64,000 nt of DNA from Hydrolagus colliei (lineage: Eukaryota). A program made the position numbers and the translations under genes. Shown piece after piece: positions 1-12,138 of this stretch (the first letter of the stretch is position 1; every line of letters begins with the position of its first letter). The notes beneath the pieces were generated by a model. It was not told the origin of the DNA, made no database searches, and saw only the letters and a list, made by a program, of their open reading frames with translations. The stretch lies in the NCBI GenBank assembly GCA_035084275.1, contig CM068748.1, positions 3,596,001-3,660,000 on the forward strand, in the 5' to 3' direction.

Positions 1-379
1 TTGTGCCAATGGTGACAAGTTGTCTCGCAGGGATCTGTAGTGCCTGTTATTGATTCTTAAGTCTTTTATCTTCCACACCTGAAGAAGGGAAGACTGATGA
101 TTGAAAATCTCTTTGCTCAATTGAGCTTTCTTGATTAATGGGACCCTTTTGCTAAGGCCTGGAATTGAAATAATTGTTGGCAATTTTTTTGATTTATGGT
201 CCTCATGCATTGGTTTTTTGGTAGTGCTGTGAAATTTTCTAATTTTGCCCGATATTTGTTTCATGCTCCACTGATCATAAAATCTGCTCTTTCAATAGAT
301 TGATGAGGTTAAACTCTAGGAATCTAATTCTTTTTGAGATGGTGTGAAGTAGAAAAATAACTGCGATACAGTTTTGGTG

Positions 380-590
380 TAACAACAACAACTTGCATTT
401 ATATAGCATCCTACACGGAGGGTAACATCCCAAAGTACTTGATGATGGTAGAGCACGATGCCGAGCCGAGGAGAGGTGACCATAGGCACGGTTGAGGAGG
501 AAGGTTTTCAGACGCGATCTGGAGATGGGGAAGGAAGGGGCAAGGTGGAGAAATAGAAGATGAGTGCTCCAGAGAGCGTTGAACTCAAAC
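380..590 (-). mobile_element. L2-type LINE 3' fragment
   Basis: (CAA)n tail then CTTGCATTTATATAGC; the minus-strand frame has an ORF2 C-terminal-like remnant (ALW...F...LKTFL). Confidence 0.7.
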
Positions 591-614
591 ACAATTATAT
601 ACAACTTCCAGCTG

Positions 615-808
615 TGTTTGTTTGGCAACCAATTGTGCACAGCAGTGTCTCACAAACAGTCGTGGATTGGAGAGACCAATATTTCTTTTTGAGGGATTAT
701 TATTAGGCATGCAGAATAAGAAAACTTGCCCAAGGTTTCGCCCTGCATGGGATTGAACACCGTCTCTCACTTGTAAAGCGAGTGCTCTAACCTCTGAGCT
801 ACAGGAAT
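615..808 (-). mobile_element. tRNA-headed SINE (main family of the window), 5' half
   Basis: Reverse complement of head (CTGTAGCTCAGAGGTTAGAGCACTCGC-TTACAAG) and body (TGTTTGTGAGACACTGCTGTGCACAATTGG), shared with other copies. Confidence 0.85.
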
Positions 809-994
809 ATACTTGATAGTAATAATTAATACAATAGAACGTTAATCCAACATTCTGAAAGCTGGTAACTTCCTAAAACTGGAAAGATTTCAAAATACAT
901 ACAGTGTTAGATGTGGCTTCCCCAGCCACTTCCAGGTAGGTTTCTAAATACCGGCAATCTCTGGGTTATCAACATTCTACAGTATAATAATATA

Positions 995-1270
995 AAATCC
1001 TTGCATTTCTTATTGTGCATTTCCCATTAGGAGAGTATCTCAAAGCACAGTATACACTGTGAAATATAATGAATCGTGCATGGGATCTTTATTGTTCATG
1101 TACAAAGGCAGACTGGACCTTATCTGAAGGGTTGACATCAATAACAATGCACACTCCCCCAACACTGTACTAAACTTTCAGCCCAAACTAATGAGTTCAA
1201 AGTCCCGACTTGGGGCTGAAACCAACAATTTTCTGACTTGGAGTTGAGAATGATACTAACTGAACCAGGC
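995..1270 (-). mobile_element. Older tRNA-Deu-type SINE, degenerate
   Basis: TGGGATCTTTA...AAGTCC..TGGGGCTGAAACC...TTCTGACT..GAGAATGATACTAACTGA pattern, also seen at ~23270, ~32180, ~41780, ~53790 and ~59700. Confidence 0.6.
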
Positions 1271-2194
1271 TAACACCTGCATGAAGGGAACTTGAAAGCT
1301 GACTTGAAGATTGAACAAGAGTTTCTGAAATTGAAAACCGAGACTGGAATTGTATAGCAGGTTGATTAGAATCTGAAAGTGAAAATGGATTAACATTTTG
1401 GGTGTGATCTTTCATTCTCTTTTAGACGCCAACTGTGCATTTCTGACATTTTCATTTTTCATCTTAGATTTGAGTGTGTAGCTTACCTGAGTTGGCTATG
1501 TCTCCAGCTGCTCTATCATTGCAGCTTGCACTATGTGATCCAAAACTGTATGCTTCAGTGTTCTGTTCATTTTTGCTCTGACATATCGGCAGTTCTCTCT
1601 GATATGCTAATGGTATGGTGAAGGATGTGACACAAATCTGTTAAGATACTTTTCTGCAAGTCGGAAGGGGAAAGAAAGTTAAGAGGTAAAAAGGTAAATA
1701 GAGTAGGCTGAATATATCTGTATTAAAAATTCAAGGATGGGTCCTCTTCATGGCTCTTAATGAATTGCTACGTGGCGTTGACTGAACTCAGCTGCAGTGG
1801 ATCCCTCTGGGCCAGAGCAGAGAGGGTCTTGATCATTATTCAGTGACCTGACGAAAAGTCCCATTTACAACACGGTTGTCTGCGTCCATTGCCTCAGAGG
1901 TTTGTTATAACAAAGTGCAAAAACTGGCTGACGTCCAGGTTGTTAGGTCACCACTGATATCACTTGAATGTAAAGGAAGGCTCTAAGAGCACAGGAAGTG
2001 GCATCTGAAATTCTTCCTGCTTAAAGTGACCGTGTGTCTTAACATGGGAAGTGCCATCAGCGGTGACCTGAGCCGGTCGGTCACCGACCAGCTGTGGTGA
2101 CCGACCGACTCAGGAAACCAGCTGAGTCTGGTTTCCTGAGTCGGGAAACCAGCTTATCAAAGTTAGAGGAGAGATGGAATAAATAAAAATAATA

Positions 2195-2500
2195 ATATTA
2201 ATAATCCTTACATTTGATGTAGCGCTTTTCACATCTTATCGACGTCTCAAAGCACTTCACAGAATATATTGTAAAATTAATCGACTGTATATTTGTAGGC
2301 GAAACATGACAGCCAATTGCGCACAGCAGTGTCCCACAAACAGTTGTGGATTGAAAATGACCAATATTTATTCGTGTGTTTTTTTTTGGACGGATTATTA
2401 TTAGGCATGTGGAGGAAGGAAACTTGCCCAAGGTTTTGCCCTGATCTGCCTGGATTCGAACTCAAGCTTGTAAGGTCCTCTAACCACTGAGTTTCAGGAG
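2195..2500 (-). mobile_element. Near full-length SINE, main family
   Basis: Tail AATAATCCTTACATTTGATGTAGCGCTTTT, body and head (CTAACCACTGAG) all present. Confidence 0.88.
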
Positions 2501-3937
2501 CTCTTCCAGCAGATTGTGGGTCCACTGTGGACCTACGAACTAAGCAACGGGAGTGTGTTATAGACCTGTGTGAGTTTTGTTTTTCTTTTATGATGAAATA
2601 GTATGCAGTTGTTGTCTGTAAAACAATATTCAACATGGATTGCTACCTTCTGGAGACGAGGGATTAGGGAAGAAAGTTTAGATGAGAAGAGAAGATGAAC
2701 AAAAGTAAGGATATTCATGTGAACAAGATTTTTGAATGTTCCCTTATTACCTCTGTTTTCACTGAGTCAGATTAGATCCAGGATTAATTGCATTGGTCTT
2801 TTTCTGTATTCTTACACACATTGGAACAGGAAACCTGAAAATTGTACTATAATAATATTTGCATTTGGTCTAGCGCCTTTCGTGTAGGGAGGACATCCCA
2901 AAGTGTTCGCAGGATTTACTGCAAAGTGGAGTGACTGTGTATTTGCAGGCAAATCTGGCCGCCATTCTGTGCACGTCCATGAATTGTGTAAACACATTTT
3001 ATTTTGGGAGTTGTTGGCCACTATTGTGCCAGTCTGACAAAAATACACTAATATATAATATTATAATACATATTGCATGGCGAGTTTAATTTTCTTGTCT
3101 TTTGTAAAAAAAAATTCAGGCTGTAATTCAGATTATATATTCATATTGTGTATTTTAGTTAGCTTCATCTTGGTATCTCCACAAAGATTGCAAAATTTCA
3201 TTTTCAAATCCAAATCAGAAGTGTAACCAGACTATTTTTTCCATTTAAATTTTTAAAATCTGATTTTGCTTTCTGTCGTGGAAATTTGTGAGTGTTGCAA
3301 GAGATATAGTTGGCAACTGAAAATCCCTTGAATAAACGGCAGGTGAAATCTTTGTGAGAACAAAACTACTGTAGGATGCAATGTTTCCAAGCAATTAGTT
3401 CTTGCTATGTTGGCTGTGAGATTGTGTGCTTATTGTCAAGGTCAGGTTAAGCATTTTAGCGGATGAATGATATATGATTATCACAGTGTGAAAGTTGTGT
3501 AAGAAAGTGAGCGTAATATGATATGATTATGTTGTCAGTAGAGTGTCAGCTGCAAATTGTGCCATTGGTTCCCACTGCAGTGTTCAAAATTGGGTACAAA
3601 TATTACAGAATATCCCATACTTTTCAGAAGGCAGATTTGCTAAACTTTTAAGCCAATTAAACCATAGTACTTTTCGGTACTTTGATTAAAAAAATTACGG
3701 CAGCCCTACTGAGCAATTGGCGGTATTTTGGGGCTTTTTTTTTACCTATTTGCACTTATTCAAATAAGCATGTCATGGAGTTGGAGAGGGTGGTGAGGGG
3801 AGTTTTGATCATTTTGTAAATCGGTACCACAGAAGCAAACTGTTTGTGCACTGCATGGTCTTGACTGATATAAAGTTGTAGATAGTGGTAAATAATAATA
3901 AATTGTTCACTGAATCCATAGAGACACTGCTGTGTGC

Positions 3938-4354
3938 ACACTCCCCAAACACAGGGGATACGTTCCTGAAATCCCCGTGGTTAGTAAAACTGCGGTTGGC
4001 AAATACATGGCCCTATGGAAAACATGGGGTTAGGGGGAGTAACTTGCTTGTTCTTTTTCTAAACGCAAACAAAATACACAATAACCTAACAAAAACAATA
4101 AATGTTCAAAGAACACAATAAAAGATAATATAAAAAACAATAAATTCATGTTATGTACCTTAATCCTAAGAGAGAAGTGACGTAGTGGCTGGTTGATTGC
4201 GACATTGCAACTGGGTCCTAGCGCCCAACGCTAGTGTTAAAACCTGTGGATATGCAAAATTCACTGCTGCGGTTGGCAAAGGTTGTCGCAGAGAGGAAAC
4301 TGTGGATACGTGAAATCCGCGGTTGAAAAGACTGCGGTTGGGGCGGGGTACCTG
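3938..4354. mobile_element. Tigger/pogo-type non-autonomous DNA transposon nested in a SINE
   Basis: Subterminal (C/T)GCGGTT/GTGGATA repeats at both ends; right end GGGGTACCTG followed by TA; SINE sequence on both flanks (GACACTGCTGTGTGCA and TATTCTGTGAA...GCAAGGATTATTATT to ~4427). Confidence 0.65.
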
Positions 4355-4924
4355 TATTCTGTGAATTGTTTTGAGATGTCGAGAAGACGTGATAAGGCGC
4401 TATATCAAATGCAAGGATTATTATTATAGGCTTATTAATGATGTATGCTGGTTAAACAATTTTATACACATTGTATATTAGCTTTCCTTTTTCTTGGTCA
4501 ACATAAATGAATCATGGCAATGACGGGGTATTTTAATTTGTGTCCCCATTACAAGTTGACACTCATTTTTCCACAACCACCAGCTTGATGTGAATTGAGT
4601 ATTAAATTCACTTTATTGGCTTAGCTTGCTTTCAAATGGGAGTCTTAAGCTCCGAGGTGAATATTTGGTTGCAAAGTTCCTTTTAAAGACTGCTTATTAG
4701 TTCTGAAGGAAAAAGAATGCTGCTACTCTTTGTGCACTGTCCATGAACAATAAGTGGTACATTTCCATATACTGTTGGAGAGAAGTATGATTTTATTTTC
4801 ACTCACTATTCTCTGCTGGGAATCCTGCAAAGTAAATACATTTCTGATTCTTGATTAATTATACTGCATTTATTTTTATTTGACCTTATTTCTCTTATTC
4901 CTTTTTTTTCCCCTTGCATCTGAT

Positions 4925-5038
4925 TTCTACCCTTTCTACCCCTGTCCCTGGCTCGGTCCCGGAATCCGCTATTGTGAAGCGCTCTGAGACGCCGTCCGGC
5001 GTGGAGGGCGCTATATAAATCGAAGTTGTTGTTGTTGA
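4925..5038 (+). mobile_element. L2-type LINE 3' tail, young-looking
   Basis: GGCTCGGTCCCGG...GAAGCGCTCTGAGACGCCGTCCGGCGTGGAGGGCGCTATATAAATCGAAG(TTG)n with CpGs retained; similar to 15844+, 23430+ and 45020+. Confidence 0.8.
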
Positions 5039-6697
5039 TTTCATCCATTTTCTCTACCAAAACCTGGGCATTTTTTCTCACTTGCATTCTCTGCTTACAA
5101 ATTCGCACGTAGAACATGTGCACCCATCATTCCATGGAGAAAATCAGTAATCTTTATCCTGCAGTTTGAGATCCATCAATGCCTCCCCTGCTAAACTGCT
5201 TTAAACAGTGAAAATTATGTTGCCATAAAATACTGTATATGCAAATACATTCCCTCAGACTTTACAGTATTTGTCTTTAGATGGGAACACATCTAAATAG
5301 TTTTTTTTTCTGAAAATTCAGCACTCCATATTTTCCTTCGATCAATCTCACTTCTTTTTATATCTAATAGCCATCTGTGCATATAACTCATTACAACCTA
5401 TGATTTTGTTTGGAGCACAAACTAAAGATTTGCGCTTGTGGTGAAAACATACATTGGAACTCATATGTGATTGCAATTGAATCTTGTCTATGCTTCTCTG
5501 CTTCATGTGCAGGCGTATTGTAGTGGGGAAATGATGGGCATCTGTTTTGGTCCTTCAGTGTGCACTGTATTCAGAATTCTTCAGTATATTGCACATACAC
5601 AATATTCACATTTTAATAGAGTGAGATTGAACTTTTGTACGTTAGGCCGGCTCATCAACTGAGGGAAAATGAGACAAGAATGGAGTTAAAAATGCAATGC
5701 GTTTGAGGCTGCAGTTTTTAAATTGACTGGCTTTTTCAGAGAATTGTACAATCCTGGCTTCTTGAATCTGGATATCCACTGTAAAACTTCAATTTGAACT
5801 TAATTTATCTTGGCTGAACATTATTTTGCCATTCATTTTACCTGCCTGACCAGAAAATATGTGGTTATACTGTTCCAAACCAAGGAACCGTGTGTTGTAA
5901 TGTGTGCACACACATCTTGACAGTGCACAGATATGAATTAAACAGATTATATATTATTGCAGAAATCCAATTAGAATTTTCAGCAGTGCTTGCTACTGAG
6001 TTTCTCACTTCTTTCTTTAAAGGAGCTGAAATAGTTTGGTTTGGAGAATGCTATCAACATTGTTTTATTCAAATAAAATGGAATCATGAAAGCACTTGAA
6101 ATAAACTGTTTTAGCAGGGAGAATGGGGCACAATTCCAACGTTAGAATGCTAGATTATTCATTATAAATCAAAGTATTTTTTAATTGAACCCATGTAACA
6201 ATGAAATATTGCGATTGAATTGTTTCAAATTGTTGCTTTATGCGAAATAATCTTTCCAATGTGCTTTCTGTTGGATTTTTCTGGTGGCAGTGTAACTTTT
6301 AAGAAAATAAATTAATATAGTGCAAACAATGGTGTAAATCTGACTGGGTAAAGACCAGGCCAAGAAGTTTGAACTTTCCTCCCTAAAACAATTAACATGT
6401 CTGACTTGTAACCAGGTTGCACATACTCGCGAGTTGCTGATACGTTGATTGTGGTACAGCATCAGGTTTAATTAACAGTCTTTTGGTTGCTAGGTTTAAA
6501 ACGTATTGTGCAAATTCAGTGATGGGCCTTTCAGTCTTTCCATATGCTGTCGTCACCTGAACTATCAATACAGCATGTTTATCTCTACCTGGCATGAGCT
6601 GCATGCAATGATGCTGCTCAGATGCAATCTGATTCAGCCCATCCATATTCAAAATGCTACAGACACACTTATTCAACTATTCCATTTACCTGCCCAA

Positions 6698-6967
6698 GAC
6701 ATGTGTTCGAATTCAGGCAGCTCAGGGTGAAACCTTGCGCAAGTTTCCTTACTCCACACGCCTAATAATAATCCCTCAAATAGAACAATAATAAAATTGG
6801 TCTTTTCAATCCACAACTGTTTGTGGGACACTGCTGTGCGCAATTGGCTGCCGTTTCGCCCACAAATGTACAGTCAATTCACTTTACAGTATATTCTGTG
6901 AAGCACTTTGAGACGTCTAGAAGATGTGAAAAGCACTATATCACACGCAAGGATGATGATTATTATT
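6698..6967 (+). mobile_element. SINE, main family, 5'-truncated at the B box
   Basis: GTTCGAATTC...CAAGTTTCCTTACTCCACACGCCTAATAATAATCCC...TGTTTGTGGGACACTGCTGTGCGCAATTGGCTGCC...GCAAGGATGATGATTATT. Confidence 0.9.
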
Positions 6968-7723
6968 TCCAATGATATGTTTCACCATACATTTTCGTTT
7001 ATATGGTCATATTGTCTATGACCATAGACAATAATGGAAGGAAAGTAAAAACAGACTTTGATTGTTTTCACTTTAATATTAGGTTGAAGCATCAAAAATA
7101 ACGTACAATGGTTTCCTTTTTGGTACAATTTTATGAAATGTTCAATACTGCAATTTATAAATTTTATCTTGAATTAAACGTGCGTTTACAGTAAGTTGGT
7201 GCCCAGAAACAAATCATGTCGTGGAAGAAAGGCTTTTTATTACAGAAATTGATATAAACCAATCCCAAGTAGAAGATGTATTCAGTGAAATGAAATAAAA
7301 AAAGAGAATGCACATTGCAACAAAATGTCGGAAAATTGATTTGCTGAATTAATTTTGCTGTCCTCTTGTGTTGTTTAACACCTGAAATAAAATACCCAAT
7401 AAAATAGCTTCAATCCTGTAATCAAATCTCGAAGGATTGAGACTTCATTCTGCAGTAGTCTGAAATGTAAAGTTCAACCTTGAAGCTCATTTTCATTATT
7501 TCTTTAGGCTCTTTCTCCCCCCAAACTATTGTTGCCTTCAAAAAATGCCCCTCCCACCAAAAATAGTTAGCCATAAACATTTTGGAGGTTGCTTTGCATT
7601 GGAAATTTTTAGATAGTGCTAAATAGAGGAAGGAACTTACTTACTGATGATGAATATATTGAAAAAATGCTATGTCGTAAACTTAGCAAATACAGACTTA
7701 AATGTCAAATTTTCTGCTTTCAG

Positions 7724-7807
7724 CTATATACAATTATGACTCCAGAGAAGAAGTGGAACTCGCACTGGAGATCGGTGATACAGTGCACATTCTGGAGACC
7801 TATGAAG
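7724..7807 (+). CDS. DOCK1: DOCK1 exon 2 (SH3): (A)[27 protein letters not shown](G)
   Basis: tttctgctttcag acceptor; 84 nt; non-canonical donor AG|GCAAGT; phase 1 joins exon 3. Confidence 0.93.
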
Positions 7808-8209
7808 GCAAGTACAAATGCTGTATTTGTGGTTTGCACCTATACGTGGTATTTTTAAAAGCTTGGGAACATAAGCCATTTGCTGTTCTTCGTGATTGAA
7901 TCTTGTAACTTATCGAGACACTCAAAGGATCAAACTGACTTTTTGGTTTCCAGAAATGTTTCCTTCTCTTTGCTTTATAGCTTGATGCTAAACATAACAA
8001 GCTATGAGTTCCCATCTGCAATATTCTACTTCTCAGCTGCAACTGCTCTGCTGCAGGCATGTAGAATAGAGAGAAGGGTTATCCTAGATCTTCACTCACT
8101 CTGCCTAATACTAGCGATTGAGTTCTACCAGGTGGGGATTGATATCAACCAATTCTCTGGAGAATTTTAGGATTGGTCTTGGGATCTTCTGGATGTGAAT
8201 GACTTGGCT

Positions 8210-8530
8210 TCTCAGTCGGTTGGTCTGTTGGTCTGTCAGTCAGTCAGACATTTATATAGCGCCTTTCACATCGAGAGGATGACCCAAGGTGCTGAACAGT
8301 TAGGTAGGGACCAGAGCAATGGGTGGAGTGGGCAGGGTAGGGGGAAGGAGAATAGGAAAATTGACTGTATATTTGTGGGCAAAATGCGGCAGCCAAATTG
8401 CGCACAACAGTGTCCCACAAACAGTCGTGGAAGTGGGGTTAGGGGAGAAAGGGGGTAAGAGGGTAAGGCGAGGAGTTGGGGTAGGGGGAAGGAGAGCAGG
8501 AAAACCAACTGTATATTTGTGGGCGAAACA
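8210..8530 (-). repeat. Composite of L2-like tail, SINE body fragments and G-rich tracts with an internal direct duplication
   Basis: (CAGT)n-like tail; ACTGTATATTTGTGGGC occurs at ~8365 and ~8509, each time preceded by GGTAGGGG(G)AAGGAGA. Confidence 0.65.
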
Positions 8531-9869
8531 AGATCATCACAAGATTTCGACTGGCTGAAGTATCAGGGAACTTCCAATTAAATATAATGATTTCAGAAGA
8601 TTCCTGTTGAAATCAAGTGAAAGTGGCTATTTCTATTATGTACCTCTTGTAAGGTTGAAGTCAATTAATTAACAAATTCATAGAGAACATCTTATATTGT
8701 CCTTTGGATGTGTGACAGTTTATTTAGAACACAATGGGTTATGCATGCTGTTTATTCAGTTGTTCTGGTGTGGAACACTTGGTGGAACATTAATCATGTT
8801 CTTAAATTTGGGAATACTGTGTACTTCTGTTGACTATTAAGTGTTTCACAGGGCTAAATTCATTAATTTATTATTTCTCACACCTGAAACATTCTGCGGG
8901 TAGCACATTTAAAACCCAGCCCACACAACAATGCACAATTTTGAACATCTGCTTATATTTCATGTTAAATTTGTAAATTTCTTTGTTTCTAACCTGAGTT
9001 GACCCATAATTGAATAATGTGAGAATGCTCGTTCATAACAAAAACCCCCATGGACAGTGTAGAAACAGTGATTTATCATGCTTTCATCCAGAGCCAGAAG
9101 CAGGCTCTACCTTCTTTGGCTCATGTTGTTTATCTTCACATTGTCGAGCAATAAACTGCGATTGATGGATAAGATACAACCTGGCATGCTTAATGCCCAG
9201 ATTCTATTACTTGTAGTTTGTCTCCCGAAACTTAGTTTTGAAACAAAACTGAGCAGTGCGTTCCCTCATTTGGAGAAGATTTCAAATCTCACTTGGTAAA
9301 ACATCATTGCATACTATGCAAAGTTGAAGCTTAATATAATTTTACTATTTTGTTTAGGCTCTGCTAAATGCGACTTAAAGGATATTATTCCTGTCAAACC
9401 GTTTAGCATTATTACGAGGCATGTAAAATTTGCCTAGGGACGCCCATTATGACACTGTTATGCAATGATCTATTCAAATGTCTGAACTTCCAGGATAAAT
9501 TTGTCGAAATTATTGTCACTCCCAATCAATCCGCAGCATCTATAACTTTAACACACACATTTCTCAAATTCTAAATGGATCTTGGCAGTGTGCCCACTCC
9601 AAATGTGTCCACATGGCATACTAAGTAGCGCAGAGATGTCTGTTTTGTACTGTGGTGGTGAACCTGTATTTCAGAGTCTTAATTTATCCCTTCCGTCTCT
9701 CCCTGAACCAGTATCGTGCTTCATCCCAGCCAAGAGTGTAGGCAGAGGACTTGTTCCCATGCTGCCTCAGTACTGCTGCTGTATTTTGTCTGCAAGAAGG
9801 TTTATAAAAACATGTCATTGTTTTTTGAGAGTTACATTCTTATTATAACCCAATCTCTTGCTTCATTGT

Positions 9870-9916
9870 GGGTGTGGGGGGGTGGTGTGGGTGTGGGGGG
9901 GGGGGGGGGGGGGGGT
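9870..9916 (+). repeat. G/GT low-complexity tract
   Basis: GGGTGTGGGGGGTGGTGTGGGTGT followed by a run of about 21 G. Confidence 0.9.
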
Positions 9917-10742
9917 CTAAACGAAACACCTGGCTTCTTTCATCTCCCTGGCAATGCAGCTGTGATCATGATGACTTATTGGTGGAAACATCCTGTGCCA
10001 AGAGTGAATTTGGAGCTCATGTGCCATTGTGCCGTTCTTCATCATGACTATTTTAGAATTCAATATGCAGAAAGAATCAATAACATCAAAAACCATTTCC
10101 AACTGACCCGCCTCCCAAGCGATGGAGAGTCAGACACTGTAAACTGAGCATCCTCCTCTTTACTGCCACGTTGTATTCCTGGCAGTATAACCATACAATA
10201 TGATGTCTGTGTTGTGACTTCCCTAGACTTTGACCTCATGCTAAAGATCCTGTTCTTACACAGAATGTTAGTTTTACATAATTAATAGCCCAAGAATGCA
10301 TCCAACTTCAAAAGAAAATGTCATGTTTTTTATGCTTGAGAATGAATATTGGTAACAAAGAACTGACCTTGAAATGCTTTATTGAGGGCATGGATCAGTC
10401 TGGATTAATTTTAGCAATTAAATGGATTTGAAATTCCAAGCACATTTTGAGAATGCTGGACTGGACATGGATTAATAGGTGCTTTTACGCTAATGACATG
10501 CTCTACATGCTGTTTCAGAATTTTGTTTCTTTCAGAAGTATTCAGATTTATTTGTTGTTTTAAAAATGTAATTCTCCATTTGGGATGTTAAGTAAAGATG
10601 TGGTTTAGTGGAGTACTTTGCACTAACTTTTGACCTTGGGTGCTATATTTTGTTCTTTAATTCATGAACGTAATAAAACACATGAAAGCTGAGCTTGCAA
10701 ACAGCTGGCCAGAGTGCTCTCCCATTATGGAACAATTCCTAA

Positions 10743-10920
10743 GTAGTCAAACCTGCCTGAAACACTCTCAAGGGACTAGGCCAAAGTGGCCTTTATACAA
10801 GGGTGGCAGCTGAGTAACGGGTTGTTGGTGTGTGAAGTGAATGCACACTGAAGGGGCTGTTTCAGAATAGTTGTTAACGGGGTGGTTGCTGTATGGAAGT
10901 GGTCGCTTGTCTGGTTTAGT
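10743..10920. mobile_element. Degenerate Tc1/Tigger-like MITE
   Basis: AGTCAAACCTGCC...CAAGGGAC..GCCAAAGTGGCC with repeated GGTGGC/GTGGTCGCT subterminal motifs; ends poorly preserved. Confidence 0.4.
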
Positions 10921-12138
10921 ATTTGCTATTTTTCTGAAAGAGAGAATTAAAATCCATCAGCTCTTTGTTGTCATTTATTTCTTGAACGACATTAGACTTG
11001 ACAGTGGTTCATGGTGGAATTCTACACTATTAGCCATTTTGACTCACTGCACTAATAAAAAAAAGACTGTTTATGAGACATTATTTCACCACTGACATTA
11101 CTCGCTCCTTTGCTCGTGCACCACACAGAAACGTGATGTCAGTGGTGACCTGATGATCAGGAAGTCAGGAAGTTTTTTTTTAACGTAGCTACCAGTCTGT
11201 GGTAGCTACGTCTGGCAGCAACCGTACACAATGGATCCAACAATCACACCCCAGTTGCCCATGTTGGAATTTTAAGGGTCACAAACACTGCATTGTAACG
11301 TGACTCCATTGTATTTTGATGATTGATAGTGATTCACTGGACATTGCTGAGCATGGGACAATGAGGCAATGTTATGTTTGTGTAATGTTGGATAAATAGG
11401 GAAGAGAAATGTGGAGCCAGGATAGAATTGACACAGAGCTGCATAAATAATAACTGAGTAAAGACGGAGCTGGAAAAGCAGTGAGCTTTTCTGAGTTTGA
11501 TGTGAAGCAATGGGTTTAGATCACACAATGAAGCAATATGGGCAATGGAATCTGCTTTAGGCATTCAGAGTGTTCTCTTTGATTACGTTTCAACCATTGC
11601 CTCAAGCTAGAAACTGTAACAACTGGTATAGAATCTGAACAATCAAATCCTATTTGCCTTTGATATTGATAAGTATTGAGGTGCTTTGTACAGTGATGCA
11701 GTGACTAGTTGTGTAGGGAAATGTGTAAATTAATCTGTGCCAGAAGTTGCAATGGGTATTTAATTGTTTTTGGTGAAAAATGACAAATGGAAAACTATCT
11801 GTTTTTCAACATAATCCACCGGAATAGGGGACGGAAGCACATTGGTGTGATTTTGCGAATTGCTTTGGGAACAGTTCAGTAACTGAAATTTTGTCTCGGT
11901 TTCCAAAGCTGGTTGAAATTAAAGGTAATTTTATCCAGCTGTCCAAGAACGTTTTAAAAGGAAGACTTTGAATGTGGATAAAGAGCCTGCTAATGCGACA
12001 AACCATAGAAAGTATTGCAAATACTCTTGTCGATATAACTTGGTTGCTGCTCAGAATGAATATCCTCAAAGGAGATTTATTAATTTGCAAAAATAAAACG
12101 CCTTTCACAAATTATGTTACTATTGATAAGAATCTTTG

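Noticed and set aside
73-110. Second hammerhead-like motif (CTGAAGA...GAAA) in a possible Penelope remnant
   Set aside because: Stem II does not pair and there is no palindromic stem III; at best a decayed copy.
1-7700. DOCK1 exon 1 or promoter
   Set aside because: No MTRWVPTK-like coding stretch with a donor and no CpG island; TGGTTCCCACT at ~3566 lacks a matching frame and context. The region is taken to be intron 1.
9716-10147. 143-aa ORF with a Gly tract
   Set aside because: Opened by a low-complexity G run; no recognisable domain or splice signals.
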